From Gemmatimonadaceae bacterium (GTDB lineage: Bacteria > Gemmatimonadota > Gemmatimonadetes > Gemmatimonadales > Gemmatimonadaceae): DNA of 24,000 nucleotides. Both the position numbers and the translations under genes were made by a program. Under the pieces are notes generated by a model that worked only from the letters and a program-made list of their open reading frames with translations, was not told where the DNA came from and ran no database searches. Position 1 is the stretch's first letter. Every line of letters begins with the position of its first letter. Below, one piece after another: positions 15,400 through 21,456 of the stretch. The DNA lies in contig DATCGG010000530.1 of NCBI GenBank assembly GCA_036509075.1, forward strand, positions 19,325 to 43,324, read 5' to 3'.

Positions 15400-16735
15400 C
15401 GGAGCCGATATCGTGCCGGGCGAGAATGCGGTCGAGCCGAGGACGCGAGATGCCGAGGATTTGTGCCGCGCGTGCCTTGTGCCCGCGCGTAGCGGCGAGC
15501 ACCCGAAGCACATGTTCGCGCTCGACGTCGTCGAGCGTGCCGAGCTTCGCCGGCCCCTCCGGCGCCGCGCCACCGAGCACCAGGTGTTCGGCGCGGATGA
15601 CGTCGCCGCTCGCCACGACGACGGCGCGCGTTAGGCAGTTCTCCAGCTCGCGCACATTGCCCGGCCACGCGTGCCGCGCGAGCCCGGCGAGCGCGTCGGG
15701 CGCGAGCACCGGCTCGGGCCGTCCCACGGCTGCGGCGGCGCGGCGAACGAGCGTCGCCGCGAGTAACGGGAGGTCGCCCGCGCGCTCTCGGAGCGGCGGC
15801 ACGACGATCTCGACGACACGCAGCCGATAGTACAGGTCCGCGCGGAATTGCCCTGCCGCGACCATCGCCTCGAGGTCCCGGTGTGTCGCGGCGATCACCC
15901 GCGCCTCGGTGCGTTCGGGTCGGTCCGCGCCCACGGGGTAGAACTGCCGTTCCTGCAGCACGCGCAGGAGCTTCGTCTGAAAGTCGGCCGACGTGTCTCC
16001 GATCTCGTCGAGGAAGATCGCGCCACGTCCGGCGAGCGCGAACTTGCCACGGCGATCGCCCTGGGCGCCCGTGAAGGCGCCGCGGACATGGCCGAAGAGC
16101 TCACTCTCGAGCAGCGTCGCGGGCACGGCGGTGCAGTTGATCGGCACGAACGGCTCGACCGCCTCGCGCGAGTGGTCGTGGATGGCTTGCGCGATCAGCT
16201 CCTTGCCGGTACCGCTCTCGCCGCGAATGAGGACGTTCGCACGAGTCGCGGCCACCTGACCCACGAGCTTGTAGATCTCGATCATGCGCGGGTCGCGCCC
16301 CACGAGGTCCGCGAGCCGCTGTGGCGTTTCCTCCTCGTCGCGGCGACCGCGGGCAGCGCGCTGACGCGCCCGTCGATCGTCGATCACGCGTGCGACTCGC
16401 GTCCGCAGCTCGTGGAGATCGAGCGGCTTTACGAGGAAGTCGGTCGCGCCTTCCCGCATCGCCGCCACCACCGTCGGCATGTCGTCGAATGCGGTCATGA
16501 GCAGCACGGGAATGTCGGGAGCGCGTTCGCGGAGCAGCGCAAGCAACGCCAGCCCGTCCATCCCCGGCATGCGCACATCGGAGAGCACGACATCCGGTGC
16601 GCGCTCGGCGAGCAGGGCCACCGCGCGCGCGCCGTCGCCGGCCGAACGCACGTCATACCCCGCCTCGGCGAGCGCCTCGACGAGCGCTTCGCGCACGACC
16701 GTATCGTCGTCGACGACGAGCAGAGATCCGCTCAT
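15392..16735 (-). CDS. sigma-54-dependent response regulator (NtrC family bacterial enhancer-binding protein)
   Basis: REC domain (LLVVDDD ... LSDVRMPGMDG), AAA+ Walker A GESGTGKE, sigma-54 contact loop GAFTGA, ...NVRELEN..., and a C-terminal Fis-type HTH (GHKARAAQILGISRPRLDRIL). The start at ATG 16735 gives 447 aa. Confidence 0.9.
   Translation of the reverse strand: MSGSLLVVDDDTVVREALVEALAEAGYDVRSAGDGARAVALLAERAPDVVLSDVRMPGMDGLALLALLRERAPDIPVLLMTAFDDMPTVVAAMREGATDFLVKPLDLHELRTRVARVIDDRRARQRAARGRRDEEETPQRLADLVGRDPRMIEIYKLVGQVAATRANVLIRGESGTGKELIAQAIHDHSREAVEPFVPINCTAVPATLLESELFGHVRGAFTGAQGDRRGKFALAGRGAIFLDEIGDTSADFQTKLLRVLQERQFYPVGADRPERTEARVIAATHRDLEAMVAAGQFRADLYYRLRVVEIVVPPLRERAGDLPLLAATLVRRAAAAVGRPEPVLAPDALAGLARHAWPGNVRELENCLTRAVVVASGDVIRAEHLVLGGAAPEGPAKLGTLDDVEREHVLRVLAATRGHKARAAQILGISRPRLDRILARHDIGSDG
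15629..15636 (+). repeat. dispersed 8-mer CGTTAGGC
   Basis: Exact match in the activator CDS. The sense strand reads TGC CTA ACG (C-L-T). Confidence 0.9.
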
Positions 16736-16745
16736 CTGATCGGGA

Positions 16746-18629
16746 TCACGGTACGACCGCCCGCGCATGCGTCGAGTCCCAGCCGGCGAGCTCCCACAGC
16801 TCGTTGGCCGCGTGCCCTGCAGTGAAGTAGATGCGGCGCCCGTCGGGATGCACGGCGATCGGCGTGAAGTTGCCGGTCATTCCGAACCGCAGCGTGCGGG
16901 TCGCGCCGTCCGCGAGCGACACTCGGTCGACGCGCACCGAGGAGCGCCCCGGGGTGCCGAGCACCGCGTCGGCCTGGTTCGCCCGCACCACGTAGATGTA
17001 GCGTCCGTCGGCGGCCCAGTTGATCGTAAAGAGCTGGTCCGGCATACGCACGCGCAGTAGCTCGCGCACGGAGTTGCCCGCGAGGTCGCTCACGCGGAGT
17101 GCCGACCCCTGGCGGTCCTCCGTGGGCACCACCTGCGCGAGCAGCCGGCCATCTGGCGACATCTCGCCGCTAATGTCCTGGGGTCGCGCGTGCGGCCAGC
17201 TCGCAAGGACACGAGTGGCGCCAGTCGCCACGTCGGCTGCCACCGTCCGCACCGTGCTGTCGTCATCGTACCGGCGGTAGACGACTTCCTTACCGTTAGG
17301 CGTCCAGCCGAGGTTCCACGGCACGGTCCACAAATGAGCGGTCGTGTCGCCGGCGAACACCTGTCGGGCCTCACCCGTCGTGACGTCGACGACGAACACT
17401 CCCGCGCGGCGATTGGCGTCTTCGCCGCGCGTGAAAACGCGCGTGCCATCCGGCGACCAATGCTGCCGGCCGTAGATCCGTGACAGCGTCGTTCTTACCT
17501 TATGTGTCTCGCCGGTGAGGAGCGAGCGGAACGTGAGGGTCGGCTGGGCCCACTGGTCCTTGTCGCGATCGGGCACGTTGTGCACCAACCACTCCCCGTT
17601 CCGCGAGATGCCGAGCGCCGAGAGCGCGCGCGTGACATCGCGGTCGTCCATCCGTACCGGCTCACCGACGACCGCGCCCGTCGCGGTGTCGATCGTCGCC
17701 TGGTACAGATACCTGGCGCCGGTGCGCACCGTGTAGAGGAGACGCCCGTCGTTCGTCGCGCCGACGCCGGACACGTTCCATGTATCCGGCTTCAGGAGCC
17801 GCGCCTCACCGTCGGCGCGGCCATCGCGCACCGGTTGCAACCAGAAGCCCGGGGTGCCAGCGCGATCGCTGCTCAGAACAATGGCACGCCCGTCCGGCGC
17901 CCACCCGTTAGGCGTATCGTCGCTCGGCCACGTCACGAGGGGCCAGGTCCGCCCGGTCGCGATCTCGAGGATGCGCGCGTCGCGGGGTCCAACGCTCGGA
18001 TGCTCCGCGCTCCCGTTGTACGCGGCATAGCGACCGTCGGGCGAGAAGAGCACATCGCCCAACACCCACGTCACGTTCTTGAAGAGGAATCGGATGCCGC
18101 CGCCATCGAGGTCCAGCCAGCCGTAATCGAACCGCCCATTCGTTCGGTCGAGCTCCAGGATCACATGTCGGCCGTCCGGCGAGAAGCCGTTGACCTCCAT
18201 GTAGTAGTAGGCGGAGTCCTGGAACACGACGCGCGGATTGTGGCCGTCCGCGTCGACGACGCGGATCGAGTAGCGCTCGTCGTCGTCAGACCAGGAGAGC
18301 GCGATCCGGCGCCCGTCCGGCGACATCCTCGAGGTCTCGACGTACGCCTCCGACCCCCAACTGGCCTTGAGGCCGATTGGTCGAAGCGCGCCGGTCGCGA
18401 GGTCCCGCACGGCGAGATCCCCGGTGGACACGTCGATCGTGCTGAGGAATCGCCCGTCGGCGGTTGGGTAGCCGTAGTCGTTGAACTGCGCCTCGGAGAG
18501 AAGCCGACGCGCAACGACCCCGACTTGGCCGCGCAGCGCAGCCTTTTCAATGGCGGCGAGACGCTGGGGGTCGGGGCGAGTGCCGCACGCGGCGACGAGG
18601 GCGAGCGCTGAGAGGGCGAGGCGGCGCAT
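16746..18629 (-). CDS. TolB-like / PD40 beta-propeller repeat lipoprotein
   Basis: Repeated [FWM]SPDGR blades are present (MSPDGRRIAL, FSPDGRHVIL, FSPDGRYAAY, WAPDGRAIVL, WSPDGTRVF, MSPDGRLLA, HPDGRRIYF). From the ATG at 18629: MRRLALSALALVAAC lipoprotein signal. Only 10 bp separate its stop from the activator gene start. Confidence 0.8.
   Translation of the reverse strand: MRRLALSALALVAACGTRPDPQRLAAIEKAALRGQVGVVARRLLSEAQFNDYGYPTADGRFLSTIDVSTGDLAVRDLATGALRPIGLKASWGSEAYVETSRMSPDGRRIALSWSDDDERYSIRVVDADGHNPRVVFQDSAYYYMEVNGFSPDGRHVILELDRTNGRFDYGWLDLDGGGIRFLFKNVTWVLGDVLFSPDGRYAAYNGSAEHPSVGPRDARILEIATGRTWPLVTWPSDDTPNGWAPDGRAIVLSSDRAGTPGFWLQPVRDGRADGEARLLKPDTWNVSGVGATNDGRLLYTVRTGARYLYQATIDTATGAVVGEPVRMDDRDVTRALSALGISRNGEWLVHNVPDRDKDQWAQPTLTFRSLLTGETHKVRTTLSRIYGRQHWSPDGTRVFTRGEDANRRAGVFVVDVTTGEARQVFAGDTTAHLWTVPWNLGWTPNGKEVVYRRYDDDSTVRTVAADVATGATRVLASWPHARPQDISGEMSPDGRLLAQVVPTEDRQGSALRVSDLAGNSVRELLRVRMPDQLFTINWAADGRYIYVVRANQADAVLGTPGRSSVRVDRVSLADGATRTLRFGMTGNFTPIAVHPDGRRIYFTAGHAANELWELAGWDSTHARAVVP
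17294..17301 (+). repeat. dispersed 8-mer CGTTAGGC
   Basis: Exact match in the TolB-like CDS. The sense strand reads CCT AAC (P-N). Confidence 0.9.
17906..17913 (+). repeat. dispersed 8-mer CGTTAGGC
   Basis: Exact match in the TolB-like CDS. The sense strand reads CCT AAC (P-N). Confidence 0.9.
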
Positions 18630-18660
18630 GTGTGTGCCGGTCTGGGTGCCCCTGCCTGAG

Positions 18661-18675
18661 GCAAAGGGAGCACCA
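18661..18675 (-). promoter_or_regulatory. candidate sigma-54 (-24/-12) promoter A
   Basis: The minus strand reads TGGTGCtccctTTGC. GG and GC sit at the exact spacing of the TGGCAC-N5-TTGC consensus. The -12 GC is 32 nt upstream of the TolB-like ATG. It has the same variant form as promoter B. Confidence 0.55.
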
Positions 18676-18752
18676 GCAAGGCAATACGACCCAATCGTCG
18701 GGCGCGCAAGGGCTTGGATAGTCCTTACCAGTCCGCGCAGCGCGCCCATCGA

Positions 18753-18790
18753 GTAACGAGACGTTACGAGCATTCGTCGAAAGCGTTACG
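18753..18790 (-). promoter_or_regulatory. candidate enhancer (UAS) array A for the NtrC-type activator
   Basis: The + strand reads GTAACG-aga-CGTTACGA-N13-GCGTTACG. This is a perfect 6-bp inverted repeat plus a third half-site, with CGTTAC units 22 bp apart. It lies 78 bp upstream of promoter A and overlaps the stop codon of the 118-aa ORF. Confidence 0.5.
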
Positions 18791-19142
18791 TCCGACAGTA
18801 GCCGAAGCAAAGCGTTGGTGCTTGCTGGCTGCCGATCGGATACGTGAGGTCAGGCTGGTGCCAGCTCTCCTGACGCTGGCAGGTGGTGCTCGCGGAGTCC
18901 GGTGGCGCGAAGACAAGGTACGCGACGTCACGCAGGTCGACCGTGTCGCCGCGCTGTACGACGACCCCTTCGGACCACCGGACGTGCGCGAGAGTGATGC
19001 GCCCGACGGTGGTGGCGCCGTCGCGCCAGCGGAGGCGGACCTCCCACTGTCGCCACCCACCTTGTGTGAGGCTCGCCTCTGCGACTCCGGCGCAAAGCGC
19101 CGCGCTCATGAGCGAGGCCGATATCAGGTTAGTCATGCGCAT
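18786..19142 (-). CDS. small exported protein, 118 aa, unknown function
   Basis: From the ATG at 19142: MRMTNLISASLMSAALCAGVAEA signal peptide. GAGGG lies ~10 nt upstream and GC3 is high. The C-terminus is ...LCFGYCRT. The part of the ORF-track entry upstream of 19142 has lower GC3 and was rejected. Confidence 0.5.
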   Translation of the reverse strand: MRMTNLISASLMSAALCAGVAEASLTQGGWRQWEVRLRWRDGATTVGRITLAHVRWSEGVVVQRGDTVDLRDVAYLVFAPPDSASTTCQRQESWHQPDLTYPIGSQQAPTLCFGYCRT

Positions 19143-19147
19143 GGTCT

Positions 19148-19366
19148 CTAGCCCTCGGCCTTCATGGCCGACATCTGGGACACACCACCACGCGCCGAGC
19201 TCGATGTGATAGTTGCCCCGTCGGGCGTCGCGGTTTGGTCGATGGCGTGGCCGGCCACGGTAGTTAGGCACGCCACCGTGCACAGCAACGTGATTGCAGC
19301 GCACGGGCGCCTGCTGTGCCGCGTGGGCATATCTGTGCGCGACGAGCGCGATTGTATCGTTATCAT
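19148..19366 (-). CDS. candidate small exported peptide, 72 aa
   Basis: MITIQSRSSRTDMPTRHSRRPCAAITLLCTVACLTTVAGHAID... has a basic n-region and a hydrophobic core. GC3 by hand count is ~77 percent, higher than the overlapping frame. GAGGA lies 10 nt upstream. The stop is 5 nt before the next ATG. Confidence 0.4.
   Translation of the reverse strand: MITIQSRSSRTDMPTRHSRRPCAAITLLCTVACLTTVAGHAIDQTATPDGATITSSSARGGVSQMSAMKAEG
19263..19269 (+). repeat. dispersed motif, 7-mer core GTTAGGC (5' flank A)
   Basis: Core match inside the candidate 72-aa ORF (TGC CTA ACT, C-L-T). Confidence 0.8.
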
Positions 19367-19468
19367 GGTGAAAAATTCCTCGGGTCTGGTCAGGCACTCG
19401 TTAGGTCATCGTTGTGGCGCTGAACGCCGTCGCCCGTCGCCCGTCCCCGGCCGTCGTTCGATAGTTGC

Positions 19469-19476
19469 CGTTAGGC
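19469..19476 (+). repeat. dispersed 8-mer CGTTAGGC
   Basis: Exact match in the intergenic region between the small exported protein genes. Confidence 0.9.
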
Positions 19477-19523
19477 GGGATCGCGGGTACCAACGTCCAG
19501 GAGGTGCCGTTCAGGTTTGCGCT

Positions 19524-19985
19524 TCACGAGCAGAACGGCACGCCGGTGAACACCCACAGCCACCAGCAGCTGCTCCCGCTCCCGTCCGTCGGCCGCCACG
19601 CCGGCGGGGCGCTCGCCTTCTCGATGACGCGCGTGGCGGAGGACACCTTTTCCCCGGGCGCCGCGTACACAGGGCGCGCGATGCCGCCTGGCATCGGGTA
19701 TGGGCTGATGCGTCCCGCGAGGACGCTCACGTCTTCGGGGGCACCGGCCTCGTCGTCGAACACGCCGAGCAAAAGGGCCAAGCGCAGCCGCTCGAGAATC
19801 CGTGCGCCACTGGCGCTCGCTCGCGTGATGTCTCGCTTATCCTCGATCGACGCGGCGCGAACTTGTGCCTGGCGGAGCCGCGTGACGCCGGCGGTCGCGC
19901 GGCTCGTCGCGCCGCCGCCCTGCTGTTGGGCGGTAAGAGTGAATGCTGGGAAGGCTATAACAGCAAGGAGGAGACGCGCGCGCAT
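19524..19985 (-). CDS. small exported protein, 153 aa, unknown function
   Basis: From the ATG at 19985: MRARLLLAVIAFPAFTLTAQQQ signal peptide. GC3 is high. The C-terminal tail GSGSSCWWLWVFTGVPFCS is aromatic and hydrophobic and is bracketed by Cys. Confidence 0.55.
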   Translation of the reverse strand: MRARLLLAVIAFPAFTLTAQQQGGGATSRATAGVTRLRQAQVRAASIEDKRDITRASASGARILERLRLALLLGVFDDEAGAPEDVSVLAGRISPYPMPGGIARPVYAAPGEKVSSATRVIEKASAPPAWRPTDGSGSSCWWLWVFTGVPFCS

Positions 19986-20054
19986 GGTTTCCGTCCTGTC
20001 GATTGTGGTGGCGCGTCGCGACGGAGACGCCGTCGGCGCGCACGCCACGCTCAG

Positions 20055-20069
20055 GCAAGGCCGGCACCA
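20055..20069 (-). promoter_or_regulatory. candidate sigma-54 (-24/-12) promoter B
   Basis: The minus strand reads TGGTGCcggccTTGC, with the same GG-N10-GC geometry and the same deviations as promoter A. It lies 70 nt upstream of the ATG at 19985. Confidence 0.55.
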
Positions 20070-20082
20070 ACAGGCGGAAATA

Positions 20083-20090
20083 GCCTAACG
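20083..20090 (-). repeat. dispersed 8-mer CGTTAGGC (GCCTAACG on + strand)
   Basis: Exact match in the intergenic region between UAS array B and promoter B. Confidence 0.9.
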
Positions 20091-20145
20091 CACGACGTTG
20101 CATGCGCTTGCGCGCGGAGCCGTCGCGCGGCGCTCACACGACACC

Positions 20146-20183
20146 GTAATGGCGCGTTACGAACTGCGTCACGAGGCGTTACG
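20146..20183 (-). promoter_or_regulatory. candidate enhancer (UAS) array B
   Basis: The + strand reads GTAATG-gcg-CGTTACGA-N13-GCGTTACG, the same architecture and spacing as array A. It lies 77 bp upstream of promoter B. Confidence 0.5.
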
Positions 20184-20208
20184 GGCAGGTAGTGACGAAC
20201 GAGGTCAG

Positions 20209-20216
20209 CGTTAGGC
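20209..20216 (+). repeat. dispersed 8-mer CGTTAGGC
   Basis: Exact match in the intergenic region, 32 bp beyond the distal CGTTAC unit of array B. Confidence 0.9.
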
Positions 20217-20375
20217 TGCGACACGAGCGCGACTTCGCCGCGGCGGACTCACCGCGGTCGCGACGTCCCGCCACACGGTTGAGCGTGACGAGGCCGAAAC
20301 GGCTGCCCCGCAACGCGTTGACCCGGTGAGAGACGGGTGAGGAGTCGTCGCTATTCTGCGCGCGGTTGAAACCCT

Positions 20376-20951
20376 ATGAACCGCATAACGACTCCCACAA
20401 TGACGAACACATCACTCACCGCTCGCCCCGCCGGGCGGAGAAGCATCGTTGCCCGAGCTGCCATCCTGTTGCTGACCGCCGCCCTCGTGAGCGTCGCAGG
20501 CTGCGGCGCCGGCGGCGCCACGGAGCCCACTCGGGACCCGAACACCAACCCGAAGCCGAAAACCGACCCGGACGGAATGCCGCCCGGCGCGCGCCAGCTG
20601 ATCAACATCGATCGAGTCGAGCTTCCGGCCATGATCTACGACGGTCCTGCGTCCGACACCCAGGGCCGAAGCTACGACGAGGTGACCATCGTGGTCACGC
20701 GCGGCTCGATGGAGTTCGTCTCCGCCGAGCGTTTCACCATGGTCTTTGACCTGCTGATCACGGCCGACGGTACTGTCAGCACGAAGTCGATGTCCATCGA
20801 CGGCACGTACGAGATGCAGGGGCCCGTATTCAAGTTCCACCCCACGGATGGCCTCGATCGCGACTTCGGGGGCTCACGGGGCAACGGCGTGGTTACCGTG
20901 CACGTCGACCTCATTGGAAGTGGCGAGGCGAACTATTACAACTTCGACTAA
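20376..20951 (+). CDS. hypothetical lipoprotein
   Basis: 191 aa. The signal has a lipobox (AAILLLTAALVSVAGC), followed by a Pro/Asn/Thr-rich linker and a beta-rich body. The start could also be the ATG at 20400. Confidence 0.65.
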   Translation: MNRITTPTMTNTSLTARPAGRRSIVARAAILLLTAALVSVAGCGAGGATEPTRDPNTNPKPKTDPDGMPPGARQLINIDRVELPAMIYDGPASDTQGRSYDEVTIVVTRGSMEFVSAERFTMVFDLLITADGTVSTKSMSIDGTYEMQGPVFKFHPTDGLDRDFGGSRGNGVVTVHVDLIGSGEANYYNFD

Positions 20952-20959
20952 TGCGCCTT

Positions 20960-20967
20960 GCCTAACG
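20960..20967 (-). repeat. dispersed 8-mer CGTTAGGC (GCCTAACG on + strand)
   Basis: Exact match in the intergenic region, 9 nt after the lipoprotein stop. Confidence 0.9.
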
Positions 20968-21005
20968 CTTTCGCACGGCTACGCGGTGCCGCGGCGCGGT
21001 GGTGG

Positions 21006-21386
21006 CTATGTGGCCGGAGCCGAGGCCGCAGCCGCGTTGCTCAGCACGACCGCCAGGACGGCATCGTGCTCGGCCGGCGGACTGAACTCCGCCCACTCAA
21101 AGTCCTCTTCCACCACGGCAGTATGGCCCGGCGGCATGTAGACTATGTCGCCGGCGCTCACCACCTCCTCGCGGTCGGCATACGTTATCCGCATTCGTCC
21201 CCGTATGACGTAGCCCCAATGGGGGCACGGGCATCGGTCGTTAGGCAACCCCTTGAAGAGCGGGCCCAGGTCCGCGCCGGCGGGCAGCGAGACGATCCCC
21301 GCGCGCAAGCCGCCCCAATCCGCGCCGCGCACCGCGGCTGGGTCAGCGCCAAACAGGACCGGGAGTTCGTCACGTGATGCGTGCAT
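21006..21386 (-). CDS. cupin domain protein
   Basis: 126 aa. The core CPHWGYVIRGRMRITYADREEVVSAGDIVYMPPGH matches the two-motif cupin beta-barrel pattern. Confidence 0.75.
   Translation of the reverse strand: MHASRDELPVLFGADPAAVRGADWGGLRAGIVSLPAGADLGPLFKGLPNDRCPCPHWGYVIRGRMRITYADREEVVSAGDIVYMPPGHTAVVEEDFEWAEFSPPAEHDAVLAVVLSNAAAASAPAT
21239..21246 (+). repeat. dispersed 8-mer CGTTAGGC
   Basis: Exact match in the cupin CDS. The sense strand reads CCT AAC (P-N). Confidence 0.9.
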
Positions 21387-21456
21387 GGTGTGCCTCCTGT
21401 GAACCGACGACGAGCGAGTACCGTAAGCGCTTTGCTCTCGGGCCGCGATGTCGCTC

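Noticed and set aside
19267-19283. GGCACGccaccGTGCA on the + strand as a sigma-54 promoter.
   Set aside because: The GG-to-GC spacing is one nucleotide too long. There is no T before GG and no TT before GC. No credible + strand gene lies downstream.
19351-19379. A sigma-70-like promoter on the minus strand (TACAAT at 19356-19351 with GGAATT 17 nt upstream) in the AT-richer patch 19350-19380.
   Set aside because: The -35 is poor. The TACAAT lies inside the better-supported 72-aa ORF (ATG at 19366, codons ATA CAA T..). The AT-rich patch is equally well explained as that ORF's RBS and first codons.
20318-20357. TTGACC (20318-20323) plus TATTCT (20352-20357) as the promoter of the lipoprotein gene.
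   Set aside because: The spacing is 28 nt, far from the 16-18 nt needed. No alternative -10 sits at the right distance.
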